The notes under the pieces: generated by a model | The model's input: only the letters and a program-made list of their open reading frames with translations | Told to the model about the DNA's origin: nothing | Databases searched by the model: none | Shown here: in pieces, positions 42,218-53,085 of the stretch | Position numbering within the stretch: position 1 is the stretch's first letter | How the letters are laid out: each line of letters begins with the position of its first letter | Origin: an uncultured delta proteobacterium | GTDB taxonomy: Bacteria > Myxococcota > Myxococcia > SLRQ01 | Reading direction: 5' to 3' | NCBI GenBank assembly: GCA_963727485.1 | Contig: CAVSGM010000003.1 | Location: 320,001 to 384,000, forward strand | DNA: 64,000 nt | Program-made: the position numbers and the translations under genes

Positions 42218-44222
42218 ATGTCGGTTCAGGTGCCGCAGGCGGCGCGCGCGGCCACGGCTGTCGCGCGCCTCGCCCACCGGGCGCTGACGCTCGGGGCGGA
42301 CGCCGACGCCCTCTTCGAGGAGGCGGTGGCGGTGCTCCGGGAGGTCCTCGACGCCGACAGCGCCACGGTGCTGGAGCTGCTGCCCGCACAGCAGCGCCTG
42401 GAGCTCCGGGCCGCCAGCGGCTGGGAGCACCGCTCGGGATCGGTGGACGCCGCGGCGCCCGAGGCCTCCCTCGCCGCCTTCGCCCTGGCCCAGGGGCGCG
42501 CGGTGCGCGTCGACGACCTGGTCATGGAGACCCGGTGCGACCACGCGGTCCTCGACCAGGCGGGCTATCGGAGCGACATCGCCGCCCCGGTGGAGGGCGT
42601 GGCGGGCCCCTACGGCGTGGTCGGGGTCCACAGCCGCGAGCCGCTGCACTTCGACGACGCGGCGGTCGACTTCGTCACCTCGGTGACCGCGGTCCTCGCC
42701 CAGGCCATCGACCGGGCCCGGGCCGAGGGCGAGCTGCGCACCCGGGCCCAGCTCCTCGATGCGGTGGGCGAGGCGGTGATCGCCGTCGATTCTCGGGGGC
42801 TTCATCCGCTACTGGAACCGCGCGGCGACCGACCTCTACGGGTGGGCCGCGGACGAGATCCTGGGCCAGCCGGCGGAGCTGCTGAGCACCACCGAGGAGG
42901 TCCGCCGGGCCCAGGCCGCCATCCGCGCGCACCTCGCCGCCGGTCGGCCCTTCACCGGCGAGATGGTGGTGCGCCGCAAGGACGGGGGCCAGGTGCCGGT
43001 GCAGGTCACCTCGACCCCGCTCCTCGACGCCCAGGGGAACCTCACCGGGGTGGTGGCCGCGGTGGCCGACCAGACCCAGCGCCTGGCCCTCGAGTCCCGG
43101 ATGCGCCACGCGGTGAAGATGGAGGCGGTGGGGCGGCTCGCCGGGGGCGTGGCCCACGACTTCAACAACATCCTCGGGGCCATCCTCGGCCACGCCGAGC
43201 TCCTCCTCCGGCGCCCGGACCTGCCCCAGGGCGCGCGGCCGGACGTCGCCGCCATCCGCCGCTCGGTGGAGCGCGCCGCGGTGCTCACCCGCCAGCTCCT
43301 CGCCTTCGGTCGCCGGCAGCTCCTCTCGCCGGTGGTGGTGGACCCGGCGGTGGAGCTGCGCCGCCTCGAGCCGGTGATCCGCCGCCTGGTGGGTGAGGAC
43401 GTGGAGGTCCGGGTCGCCGTCGCCGACGACTGCGGCCACCTGCGGGTGGACCGCAACCAGCTCGAGCAGGTGGTGCTGAGCCTCGCCGCCAACGGCGCCG
43501 AGGCCATGGACGGCCGGGGCACCCTCACCGTGACCCTGGAGGCCGTGGTCCCCGACGCGGCGCTCCGGGCCCGGGTCGACCACCTCCCCGAGGGGCCCTG
43601 CCTCGCCCTCTCGGTCACCGACACCGGGGCGGGCATCGACCCCGCCGACCTGGGCCGGATCTTCAATCCCTTCTTCAGCACCAAGGGTCTGGGCCACGGT
43701 CTGGGCCTGGCGGCGGTCCACGGCACGGTGCGCCAGAGTGGGGGCGCGGTGGGGGTCGAGGCCCTCCCGGGCGGGGGCACCCGGTTCACCGTCTACCTCC
43801 CCCAGGTCCCGGCCCCGGTGGCCACGCCGCCCCCGCCGCGGCCGGCTCCCCGGGTCCGACCGGCGAGGCTGCTCCTGGTCGAGGACGACCTGCTGGTCCG
43901 CCGGGTGGTGCAGCGGATCCTCGAGGCCGCCGGCTACGTGGTGGAGGCGGTCCCGAGCGCCCCCGAGGCCCTCGCCCGGATCGAGGCCGAGGGACGGCTC
44001 CCGGAGCTCCTGGTCACCGACGTGGCCATGCCCGGGACCTCGGGCCCGGCCCTGGCCACCGCGCTCCGGCGCCAGGGGCCGCTGCCGGTGCTCTTCATCT
44101 CCGGGTACGCCGGCCACCCGGCCCTGGAGGCGGCGGCGGGCCTCGAGGACACCGAGCTGGTGACCAAGCCCTTCACCCCCGAGGCGCTCCTGGAGGCGGT
44201 GGCGCGGCTCCTCGGGGGGTGA
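42218..44222 (+). CDS. Hybrid sensor kinase GAF-PAS-HisKA-HATPase-REC; +1 frameshift at ~42790
   Basis: GAF-like N-terminus; reconstructed AVIAVDLGGFIRYWNRAA PAS; AHDFNNIL; DTGAGI; REC with TDVAMPG and KPF. Confidence 0.88.
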
Positions 44223-44238
44223 GTAGGATGGCGCGGTC

Positions 44239-44562
44239 ATGCCGCCGTCCTTCGTCCCCGCCGCCCGCGTCGACGCCCTCCCCGAGGGGCGGGGCCTCAC
44301 GGTGGAGGTCGGGGGGCGGCCGTTGGCCCTGTTCCGGGTGCGGGGCCGGGTGTGCGCGGTCGCCGACACCTGCCCCCACCGGGGGGCGAGCCTCGGCGAG
44401 GAGGGCCGCCTCGACGCCGCCGGCCACCTCACCTGCGCCTGGCACGGGTGGACCTTCGACCCGGTGACCGGGGTCCGGGTGCGCACCGGCGCGCGGTGCC
44501 TCGCCACCTACCCGGTGCGGGTGGACGACGGGATCATCTACGTGGGGCTCGAGGCGCGGTGA
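44239..44562 (+). CDS. Rieske [2Fe-2S] ferredoxin
   Basis: CPHRG...CAWHGW. Confidence 0.92.
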   Translation: MPPSFVPAARVDALPEGRGLTVEVGGRPLALFRVRGRVCAVADTCPHRGASLGEEGRLDAAGHLTCAWHGWTFDPVTGVRVRTGARCLATYPVRVDDGIIYVGLEAR

Positions 44563-46223
44563 TCCAGATGTCCTCGGGCTGCCACCAGAAGATGCTCGGG
44601 CGCACCCCGCGCAGCCGCCGGGAGACCAGGGTCGGGTTCGACTGGACGTAGAGGAAGTCCACGGGCTGGGCGGCGAAGATGCGGCCGGTGAGCTTCCGGT
44701 AGAGGGCGTGGCGCCTGGCCGGGTCCAGGGTGCGCCGCGCCTGGTCCATGATCCGGTCGGACTCGGGGTCGCGGTAGGCGAAGTAGTTGGACCCGTGCTC
44801 GACGCTGGAGCTGGCCCACTGGGGCACCGGGTCCATCCGCGGGCCCGGGTCGGCGGCGAGCGCGGTGGCGTCGAACTCCCCGTGCTGGTAGCGGGTGACG
44901 ATGCTGGACCACTCGTTCTGCTGGATGCGCACCTCGATGCCCGCCTTGCCGTAGGCGTCCTTCATCAGGGTGGCGATCTTCACGCTCACCGGGGACGCCG
45001 GGTAGATGAGCAGGGAGAAGCGGAACGGGTGCCCGTCGCGGTCGAGGATCCCGTCGCCGTCGTGGTCCTTCCACCCGGCCGCCGCCAGGAGCCGGACCGC
45101 CGCCTCGGGATCGTGGGGCAGGGGTTTCAGGGCCGGGTCGCAGTCCGGGCCCCGCTGGTAGAAGGGGCAGGTCGACGGGGTCACGAGGTTCCGCTCGATG
45201 TCCCGGATCAGGGCGCTGGCGGGGAAGAGCATCGCCAGGGCCCGGCGCACCCGGACGTCGGAGAACATCGGGCGCCGGGTGTTCCAGCCCACGTAGACGA
45301 AGGCCGTCTCCGGGGCGAGCACCCGGTGGTACTGGCGCGCGAGATCCCGGTCGGTGGTCATCTGCGCCCAGTCGGCGGGCTGGACCGCGTCGGCGAGGTC
45401 GAGCTCGCCCCGGAGGCAGAGCTGGTGGGCGATCTCGTTGTCCGGGAGGATCCGGTAGATGACCCGGTCCAGGTAGGCCTTGCGGCCCCAGTAGCCCGGG
45501 TTGCGCTTCAGGACGATGCGCTCGGCGGTGTCCCAGCGCACGAAGGAGAAGGGCCCGGTGCCCACCGGGTGTCGGTTGAGGGGGTTGGTGGCGGCGTCGT
45601 CGTACTGCCGGCCGGTGAGCCTGGCGATCACGTGGGCGGGCTGGATGGGCACCTGGGCCACCGCGTCGAGGACGAAGGCGTAGGGCTGGTGCCACACCAG
45701 CTCCACCGTGTGGGGATCGACCACGACCACCTGGTCCAAGAGCTGGAAGAGGGGCCGCAGATTCGAAGGCCTTCACCGCCGGGTCCCGGAGCTTGGCGAA
45801 GGTGGCGGCGACGTCGGCGGCGGTGAACGGGGTGCCGTCGTCGAAGCGCACCCCGGGGCGCAGGTGGAAGGTCCAGGTGCGGCCGTCCTTGGAGACCTCC
45901 CAGCGCGTGGCGAGCTCGGGGACGATCTTGTAGTCCGGGTCGTCGTAGGGGTCCCGGCGCACCAGGGCCTGGGTCACGTGGTGGAGGACGATCCAGCTCG
46001 CCATCCCGCTGCCGGCGGTCAGGGGGTTGAGGGACGACGGCTCGTAGTAGGCGCGGACGGTGAGGGTGCCGCCGCGCCGGGGGGGGCCCTGGGTCTCGGA
46101 GGCCGGCAGCCCGCCGCGCACCCACAGGGGATCGGCGGCGGCCTTCGGCTTCCCGTGGCCCTCGCAGCCGTGGCAGGCGGGAGCGAGGGCCAGGAGCATC
46201 AGGAGGGCGGCGAGGCGGCGCAC
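44534..46223 (-). CDS. ABC transporter peptide-binding protein (SBP family 5); frameshift at ~45762
   Basis: PELATRWEVS.DG.TWTFHLRPGVRFDDG, PVGTGPF, VRVRRAL, DHDGDGILD. Confidence 0.9.
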
Positions 46224-46301
46224 GCCGGGAGCGTCGCCGGTGCGGGCGGTCGTGGCAAGGGCCCAGGTGCGGGCGTGGATCGCCGGTGCTAAGTAGTCTC
46301 C

Positions 46302-47511
46302 ATGCGACTCTATCGAGCCCCGAAGGTCTTCGTCGGTACCGGCGCGCCTCCCCTCGACGACGGCGCGGTCCTGGTCGGCGACGACGGGCGCATCGCCGCG
46401 GTGGGCCCGGCCCGGGAGGTGAGCGCCCCGGGGGCCGAGGTCATCGAGACCCAGGGCACCCTGATGCCCGGCCTCGTCGACTGCCACGTCCACCTCTGCC
46501 TCTCCGGGGGCACCGACCCCGGGGGCGAGGTCCAGGTCACGCCGCTGCCGGTGGTGGCGCTCCAGGGCGCGGCGGCGCTCCGGGCCCACCTCGCCGCCGG
46601 CGTGACCACCGTCCGCGACCTGGGATCGGTGGGGGGCATCGCCGTCGCCCTGGGGCGGCTGGTCGACGCCGGGCGCCTCCCCGGGCCCCGGGTGATCGCC
46701 GCCGGCCGCGCCCTGTGCATCACCGGCGGCCACGGGGCCTTCATCGGCCGGGAGGTCGACGGGCCCTGGGAGGTGGCCGAGGCGGTACGCTCGGAGATGA
46801 AGGCCGGGGCCACCTGCATCAAGGTCATCGCCACCGGGGGGATGATGACGCCGGGGGTCGAGCCCGGCGCGCCCCAGATGACCCTGGAGGAGATGCGCGC
46901 CGCGGTCTTTGAGGCCACCCGCGCCGGGCGCCGGGTCGCGGCCCACGCCCAGGGATTCCGCGGGCATCGCCGACGCCCTGCGCGCCGGGGTCGCCACCAT
47001 CGAGCACGGGATCTTCATCGACGCCGACTGCCTCACCCTCTTCCAGGAGACCGGCGCGTATCTCGTGCCCACCTTCAGCGCCACCGACGGCATCCTCTCG
47101 GGGAAGGATTGCGGGGTCCCGGACTTCATCGTCGCCAAGATGGAGAAGGCGGCGGGGAGCCACGTGGCCTCGTTCCAGAAGGCGCTGGGCGCCGGGGTCC
47201 ACGTGGCCGCGGGCACCGACGGGGGCACGCCGCTGAACCCCCACGGGAACCTCGCCCACGAGATCCAGGCGATGGTGCGCTACGGGATGCCCGTCCTCGA
47301 GGCCCTGGCGGCGGCCACCGGCCACGCCGCCGCGGCGCTCGGGCGCGACGACGTGGGCGTGCTGGCCCCCGGCCGCCGGGCGGACCTGGTGGCCCTGGAC
47401 GGCGATCCGGTGGACGACGTCGAGGCGGTGGAGGCGGTCACCTGGGTGATGAAGGACGGCCGGGTCTTCGAGCCCGCCGACCTCACCCCCGCAGAAGGGA
47501 TGCTCCTGTGA
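46302..47511 (+). CDS. Amidohydrolase family protein (Xaa-Pro dipeptidase/imidazolonepropionase-like); +1 frameshift at ~46956
   Basis: PGLVDCHVH, GVTTVRDLG, IKVIATGG, AAHA, TIEHG, GTDGG, GRRADLV. Confidence 0.9.
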
Positions 47512-48551
47512 GCGACACCATGAAGGCGGCCTACCTCACGGGCCACGGCGGCCTCGAGGTCCTTGCGTATGGCGACCTGCCGGTCCCCGAGCCCGGCCCC
47601 GGCGAGGCGCGGGTGGCGGTCAGGGCGGTGGCGCTCAACCACCTCGACGTCTTCGTGCGCCGGGGGTGGAAGGGCCTGAAGCTCGCCTTCCCCCACGTGG
47701 TGGGCTCGGACGCCGCCGGGGTGGTGGACGCGGTGGGCCCCGGGGTCGAGGGCCTGGCCGTGGGCGACGCGGTGGTCCTCGCCGCCGGGTGGAGCTGCGG
47801 CCGGTGCCGCGCCTGCCTCGCGGGCAACGAGCACCTCTGCCGGCAGTACCATCTGTTCGGCGAGCACCGCGGCGGCGCCGGGGCCGGGCGCTTCGTGGCC
47901 CCGGCGCGAAACCTGCTCCCCAAGCCAGACGGGCTCTCCTTCGTGGACGCGGCGGCGGTGGGCGTCGCCTACCTCACCGCCTGGCACATGCTGGTGACCC
48001 GGGCGCAGGTGCGCCTGGGCGAGACGGTGCTGGTCCACGGGGCCTCGGCGGGGGTGAGCGTCGCCGGGATCCGAATCGCCCGGCGCCTGGGGGCGCGGGT
48101 CATCGCCACCACCAGCAGCCCCCAGAAGGCCGCCCGGGCCCAGGAGCTCGGCGCCGACGCGGTGATCGACTACACCCGCGAGGACCTCAAGGCGCGGCTC
48201 AAGGCCCTGGCGCCCGAGGGGGTGGAGGTGGTCTTCGAGCACCCCGGCGCCGCCACCTTCGACCTCTCGGTGAAGGCGCTGGCCCAGGGCGGGCGGGTGG
48301 TGACCTGCGGGGCCACCACCGGGCCCGAGGTGGCCCTCGACCTGCGGCGCCTGTTCATGAAGCAGGCGTCGCTGCTGGGCTCGACCATGGGCACCCGCGC
48401 CGAGCTGATGGCGGTCTTGGACGAGGTCGCCGCCGGGAACCTCCGGGTCGTGGTCGACCGGGTGCTGCCCCTCTCGGAGATCCACGAAGGCCACCGGGCC
48501 CTGGAGTCCGGGGCGCACTTCGGCAAGATCGTCCTCGAGCCGCCGGCCTAG
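47508..48551 (+). CDS. Zn-binding alcohol dehydrogenase/quinone reductase (MDR family)
   Basis: ALNHLD, CGRCRAC..C, HFGKIVL; GTGA overlap with the amidohydrolase stop. Confidence 0.92.
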   Translation: MSDTMKAAYLTGHGGLEVLAYGDLPVPEPGPGEARVAVRAVALNHLDVFVRRGWKGLKLAFPHVVGSDAAGVVDAVGPGVEGLAVGDAVVLAAGWSCGRCRACLAGNEHLCRQYHLFGEHRGGAGAGRFVAPARNLLPKPDGLSFVDAAAVGVAYLTAWHMLVTRAQVRLGETVLVHGASAGVSVAGIRIARRLGARVIATTSSPQKAARAQELGADAVIDYTREDLKARLKALAPEGVEVVFEHPGAATFDLSVKALAQGGRVVTCGATTGPEVALDLRRLFMKQASLLGSTMGTRAELMAVLDEVAAGNLRVVVDRVLPLSEIHEGHRALESGAHFGKIVLEPPA

Positions 48552-49549
48552 GCGAGGTCCCGGGAGGGCGGCGCCATGAACTCGGGCCCCACCGGGTCGG
48601 TGATGGTCTCGGCGAGGATCCGGTCCACCTCCAGGCGCACCTCGGGGTCGAGGCACCAGTCCCCCGCCACCGCAGGCACCGGGTCGAGCTGCTCCGGGCG
48701 CCGGGCGCCCCAGAGGGCCACGCTCACCCCGGGCTGGTCGAGGACCCAGCGCACCGCGAGATCGAGGACGCCGCGGTTGAAGCGCCTCTTGGCCAGGGCG
48801 TCGAGGCGGCGCACCGCCTCCAGGTACGAGGCGTAGCGCGGCGGCTGGAACTTGGGGTCGTCCTGGCGCAGGTCGTCGCCGGTGAAGGCGGTGTCCTGGG
48901 ACATCCGGCCGCTGAGCAGGCCCCGGCACAACGCCCCGTAGGTGAGGGTGGCGATCCGGTACTCGTGGCAGTAGGGGAGCACGTCGTCCTCCGCCTGCCG
49001 CTCGAAGAGGTTGTAGGGGGGCTGGGCCACGTGGATCGGCGCCACCCGGCGGAAGGCGTCCATCTGCGCCGGGGAGAAGTTGCTCACCCCGATGGCGCGG
49101 ATCTTCCCGGCCTCGAGGAGCGCGGCCATGGCCTCGGCGGTCTCCTCCACCGGGACGAAGGGATCGGGCCAGTGGACCTGGTAGACGTCCACGTGGTCGG
49201 TCTTCAGGCGCTCCAGGGAGTCGTCGATCTCGGCGAAGATCCGCGCCCGGGTGGCGTTGCGCCGCACCTGGTGGTCGGCGGTCCACTCCAGGCCGACCTT
49301 GGTGCACAGGACCACGCGATCCCGCCGCCCACCCTCGGCGAGCGCCCGGCCCACCAGCGCCTCGCTCTTCCCGAAGCCGTAGGCGGGGGCGGTGTCGATG
49401 AGGGTGATGCCCTGATCGAGGGCCCGGCGGACGGTGGCGATCGAGGCCTCGTCGTCGGTGCCCCCCCACATGGCCCCGCCGATGGCCCAGGTGCCCAGGC
49501 CGATGCGGGAGGCGACGAGCTCGGTGCCGTCGAGATGGATGGTCTGCAT
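48548..49549 (-). CDS. Aldo/keto reductase
   Basis: GLGTWAIGG, DTAPAYG, TKVG, QVHWPD, IGVSNF. Confidence 0.95.
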   Translation of the reverse strand: MQTIHLDGTELVASRIGLGTWAIGGAMWGGTDDEASIATVRRALDQGITLIDTAPAYGFGKSEALVGRALAEGGRRDRVVLCTKVGLEWTADHQVRRNATRARIFAEIDDSLERLKTDHVDVYQVHWPDPFVPVEETAEAMAALLEAGKIRAIGVSNFSPAQMDAFRRVAPIHVAQPPYNLFERQAEDDVLPYCHEYRIATLTYGALCRGLLSGRMSQDTAFTGDDLRQDDPKFQPPRYASYLEAVRRLDALAKRRFNRGVLDLAVRWVLDQPGVSVALWGARRPEQLDPVPAVAGDWCLDPEVRLEVDRILAETITDPVGPEFMAPPSRDLA

Positions 49550-49600
49550 GGTCCGAAGGTTAGGGACGCCGGACCGGAGGGCAACGGACCCCGCGCCGGA

Positions 49601-51061
49601 TCAGGCGAGGTTCACCCACACGCTCTTGGTCTCGGTGTAGAGCTCGAGGGCGTTCTCCCCCAGCTCCCGGCCGAAGCCCGACGCCTTGAACCCGCCGAAG
49701 GGCAGGGCGGGGTCGTAGAGGTTGTAGGTGTTGATCCACACGGTGCCCGCCTTGAGGTTCTGGGCGACCCGGTGGGCCCGGCCCACGTCCCGGGTGTGGA
49801 TCCCCGCGGCCAGCCCGTAGGGGTTGGCGTTGGCGAGCGCCACCGCGTCGGCCTCGTCGTCGAAGGGGATGACCGCCAGGACCGGCCCGAAGATCTCCTC
49901 CCGGGCGATGGTCATCTCGTTGTTCACCTCGGCGAAGACGGTGGGCCTGACGTAGTAGCCCTTGCCGCCCACGTCGGCGCGCTCGCCGCCGGCGGCGACC
50001 TTCGCCCCCTCGGCCTTGCCCTTCTCGATGTAGCCGAGGACCCGCTCGAGCTGCTTCTGGCTGACCACCGGCCCCATGCGGGTGGTCTTCTCCCGGGGGT
50101 CGCCGAGGACGTACTTGTCGGCCTTCTCGGCGAGCGCCGCCACCACCTCGTCGTGGATGGGGCGCTCCACCAGCAGGCGCGAGCCGGCGGCGCAGACCTC
50201 GCCCTTGTTGTAGAAGATGCCGGTGAGCGCGGCCTTCACCGCCGCGCCCACGTCGGCGTCGGCGAACACCAGGTTGGGGCTCTTGCCCCCGAGCTCCAGG
50301 CTCACCCGCTTCATGGTGCCGGCGGCGGTCTGCATCACCTTGCGGCCCACGGCGGTGGAGCCGGTGAAGGCGACCTTGTCGACCTCGGGGTTCTCGACCA
50401 GGGCCTGCCCGGCCTCGTGCCCGTAGCCGGGGACGACGTTGAGGACCCCGTCGGGGACCCCGGCCTCCTTGGCGAGCGCTCCGAGCTCCAGGGCGGTCAG
50501 CGGCGTGAGCTCGGCGGGCTTGAGGATCACCGAGCACCCGGCGGCGAGCGCCGGGGCCACCTTCCACATGGCCATGAGCATGGGGAAGTTCCAGGGCACG
50601 ATGGCGCCGACGACGCCCACCGGCTGGCGCAGGGTGTAGGTCAGGGCGCCCGGCTTGTTGAGGCTGGTCATCCCGTGGACCTTGGTGGCCCACCCGGCGT
50701 AGTAGCGCAGGAGCTCGGCGGCAAACGGGATTTCGATCTTCCCCGAGTCGAAGAGGGTCTTCCCGGTGTCGAGGGTCTCGAGCATCGCCAGGTGCTTGAC
50801 GTTGGCGTCGATGAGCTCGGCGAGCTTCCACAGGATCCGCGCCCGGTGCGAGGCGTCGAGGCCCGACCAGCGCCCGTCCTCGAAGGCCACCCGGGCGGCG
50901 GCGGCGGCCCGGGAGATGTCGGCGGCGTCGCCCCGGGCGATGTTCGCGGTGGTCTCCTCGGTGGCGGGGTTCACGGTGGCGAAGGTCTCGCCGCTCGCGG
51001 CGTCCTGCCAGGTGCCGTCGATGAAGAGCTTCGTGTAGCGGACCTCGGTGGCGTCGGCCAT
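49601..51061 (-). CDS. Aldehyde dehydrogenase
   Basis: PWNFP, FTGST, LELGGKS, catalytic GEVCAAGSR, EEIFGPV, PFGGFK. Confidence 0.95.
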   Translation of the reverse strand: MADATEVRYTKLFIDGTWQDAASGETFATVNPATEETTANIARGDAADISRAAAAARVAFEDGRWSGLDASHRARILWKLAELIDANVKHLAMLETLDTGKTLFDSGKIEIPFAAELLRYYAGWATKVHGMTSLNKPGALTYTLRQPVGVVGAIVPWNFPMLMAMWKVAPALAAGCSVILKPAELTPLTALELGALAKEAGVPDGVLNVVPGYGHEAGQALVENPEVDKVAFTGSTAVGRKVMQTAAGTMKRVSLELGGKSPNLVFADADVGAAVKAALTGIFYNKGEVCAAGSRLLVERPIHDEVVAALAEKADKYVLGDPREKTTRMGPVVSQKQLERVLGYIEKGKAEGAKVAAGGERADVGGKGYYVRPTVFAEVNNEMTIAREEIFGPVLAVIPFDDEADAVALANANPYGLAAGIHTRDVGRAHRVAQNLKAGTVWINTYNLYDPALPFGGFKASGFGRELGENALELYTETKSVWVNLA

Positions 51062-51164
51062 GGGTGCCTCCTGGAGTGGGTGGGTCCGGGTGGGACCGGG
51101 GGCCGGACGGTAGAACGTGAGGTGGGGTCGGTCAACGGAGGGGGCCGGTGCTACGCTCGGACCC

Positions 51165-51360
51165 ATGCCCACCGGCGATCCCCAGCGCACCCGCCGCCCC
51201 GTCATCGCCGTCATCGGCGGCGGCGACGGCGGCGACGGCGCCGGCGGGCCAGGCCCTCGACGGCCGGCGCGGGGACACGGTGCGCGGCCCGCTCTCCCCG
51301 GCCGAGGCGGTGGCCGAGATGGGGCGGATCACGCGCTGGGAGCCCGCGCTTCCTCGAAGG
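51165..51360 (+). pseudogene. Internally deleted remnant of a LOG/TIGR00725-like Rossmann protein
   Basis: Starts RPVIAVIGGG; about 20 nt later, in another frame, C-terminal-like AGQALDGRRGDTVRGPLSPAEAV; core missing. Confidence 0.45.
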
Positions 51361-51405
51361 TCGGAAGGGCGACTTTCGATCTTCGAGGATCCCCGCCGGC
51401 GGCCC

Positions 51406-52047
51406 TCACCCCCGCACGAAGGGGTTCGTCTGCTTCTCGCGCCCGATGGTGGTGTCCGGGCCGTGGCCCGAGTGGACCACCGTGTCGTCGGGGAGCGTGT
51501 AGAGCCGGGCCTTGATCCCCTGCTCCAGCGCCTCGTAGCTGCCCCCGGGGAAGTCGGTCCGCCCGATGCTCCCGGCGAAGAGGGTGTCACCGGTGATCAC
51601 GTGGCCGGGGAAGACCAGCGCGCAGCCCCCCGGCGTGTGCCCGGGCACCTGGCGGATCTCCAGCTTCAGCGACCCCACCTCGAGCACCTGCCCGTCCTCG
51701 AGCCACCCGTCGACCTCGGGCTCGGGGATCGGCGGGAAGCCGAAGAGGGCGCACTGCTGGGCCACCTGCTCGATCCACATCTTCTCGCCGGGGTGGATGT
51801 AGAGCGGTATGCCGTAGCGCGCCTTCACCCGGTGGATGCCGGCGATGTGGTCGATGTGCCCGTGGGTGTTGACGATGGCCTTGGGCTCGAGGCCGTGGCG
51901 GGTCAGCGCCGCCTCGACGAGGATGCTCTCCCGGTCGTCGAAGTTGCCGGGGTCGACCAGGATCGCGTCGCCGGTCTCGTCGTCGCCGACGATCCAGGTG
52001 TTCTCCTGGAACGGGCCGACGACGACGCACTCGAAGTGGAGCGCCAT
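51406..52047 (-). CDS. MBL-fold metallo-hydrolase (glyoxalase II-like)
   Basis: THGHIDH, PGHTPG, TGDTLF.GSIGRTD, SGHGP.T. Confidence 0.95.
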   Translation of the reverse strand: MALHFECVVVGPFQENTWIVGDDETGDAILVDPGNFDDRESILVEAALTRHGLEPKAIVNTHGHIDHIAGIHRVKARYGIPLYIHPGEKMWIEQVAQQCALFGFPPIPEPEVDGWLEDGQVLEVGSLKLEIRQVPGHTPGGCALVFPGHVITGDTLFAGSIGRTDFPGGSYEALEQGIKARLYTLPDDTVVHSGHGPDTTIGREKQTNPFVRG

Positions 52048-52060
52048 CGCGAACGCAGGG

Positions 52061-52439
52061 CTAGGCGAAGGAGCTGCCGCAGCCGCAGGTGGTGGTGACG
52101 TTGGGGTTCTGGAACTTGAACCCCGAGCCCATCGGCGTGGTGGCCCAGTCGATCTCCGCAGCCGGCGAGGTAGCCGATGGAGAACCGGTCCACGAAGACC
52201 TTGAAGCTGCCCAGGTCCCACTCGCTGTCGCCGGGGCGCGGGGCGGCCTCGAAGTCCAGGGAGTACTGGAACCCGGCGCAGCCGCCGCCGACCACGCCGA
52301 CGCGCAGCCCGACGGCAGCCTCCCCACCCTGCTTCGCCCGGGTGGCGTTCTCCTCGTCCAGGGCGGTCTTCACCTGGGCGATGGCGGACTCGGTGAAGCG
52401 GACGGGGGCGTCGGTGGGGACATTCGCGGTTGCTTCCAT
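52061..52439 (-). CDS. A-type Fe-S carrier (HesB/IscA/ErpA family); frameshift at ~52158
   Basis: LRVGVVGGGCAGFQY and GFKFQNPN..TCGCGSSF. Confidence 0.92.
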
Positions 52440-52449
52440 GGCGGTCTCC

Positions 52450-52478
52450 AGTGTGGTCGCGGGGCCGGGGGTCGTCAA
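52450..52478 (-). promoter_or_regulatory. Putative sigma70 promoter of the Fe-S carrier gene
   Basis: TTGACG-17 bp-CACACT, 10 nt before the ATG. Confidence 0.5.
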
Positions 52479-52512
52479 GCGGGCCTCGAGGGATCCCCGG
52501 GGGTCGGCGCCC

Positions 52513-52698
52513 TCAGCTCTCGGCGTCGCGCTCGGCGCGGCGGGCCTCGCGCTCGGCGCGCCGCTTCTCCCGGGCGGCGTCGCGCTCCTTCTGGCGCGCG
52601 TTGTCCTTCTGCACCGCCTTCCCGCCCCAGACCCAGCCAAGCGCCAGGCCGAAGAGGAAGATCGCGGGGATGTAGATGATGTGCTCAGGGGTCGGCAT
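52513..52698 (-). CDS. Small single-TM protein at the end of the ccm operon
   Basis: MPTPEHIIYIPAIFLFGLALGWVWG plus charged tail; GAGG RBS. Confidence 0.7.
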   Translation of the reverse strand: MPTPEHIIYIPAIFLFGLALGWVWGGKAVQKDNARQKERDAAREKRRAEREARRAERDAES

Positions 52699-52707
52699 CG
52701 GGGGACC

Positions 52708-53085
52708 TCACTCGCTGGCGGCCTTCTCCAGGCGTCGGGTCAAAGAGGCGATCTCGTCCTCGACCTTCTTCTGCCGGCTGCGCAGGTAGATGACATAGAG
52801 GACCGTCATGGCCCAGATGAAGAGGTAGGCGATGACCACCAGGGGGGTGGCGCGGATCTGCGGCTGCGTGGCGGCGGCGCCGGAGACCGCCTGGAAGCCC
52901 GGGGGCGGCTTGGGGGCGGCGACCTCGGCGCCCGGGGGCGCCTTCTTGGCGGCAGCCGGAGCCGGGGCGGCGGCGGGCCCGGTGGCGGCCGCGGGCGCGG
53001 CGGCCGCCCCGCCGGTCTGGGCGAGGGCGGCGAGGGGAGAAACGGACAGCGCGAGGACGACGGCGAGGGCGAGGCGGGGCATCAC
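52708..53085 (-). CDS. ccmD: CcmD-like heme exporter protein with N-terminal signal/Ala-Pro extension
   Basis: VVIAYLFIW...Y...RQ.....EI pattern directly after ccmC. Confidence 0.72.
   Translation of the reverse strand: MMPRLALAVVLALSVSPLAALAQTGGAAAAPAAATGPAAAPAPAAAKKAPPGAEVAAPKPPPGFQAVSGAAATQPQIRATPLVVIAYLFIWAMTVLYVIYLRSRQKKVEDEIASLTRRLEKAASE

Noticed and set aside
46302..48551. Amidohydrolase-dehydrogenase fusion
   Set aside because: Artefact of the GATTC insertion at ~46956; each gene has its own end or start (GTGA overlap).
52061..52439. Selenocysteine-containing HesB-like protein
   Set aside because: All three conserved Cys are TGC codons; the break is an indel, not an in-frame TGA.
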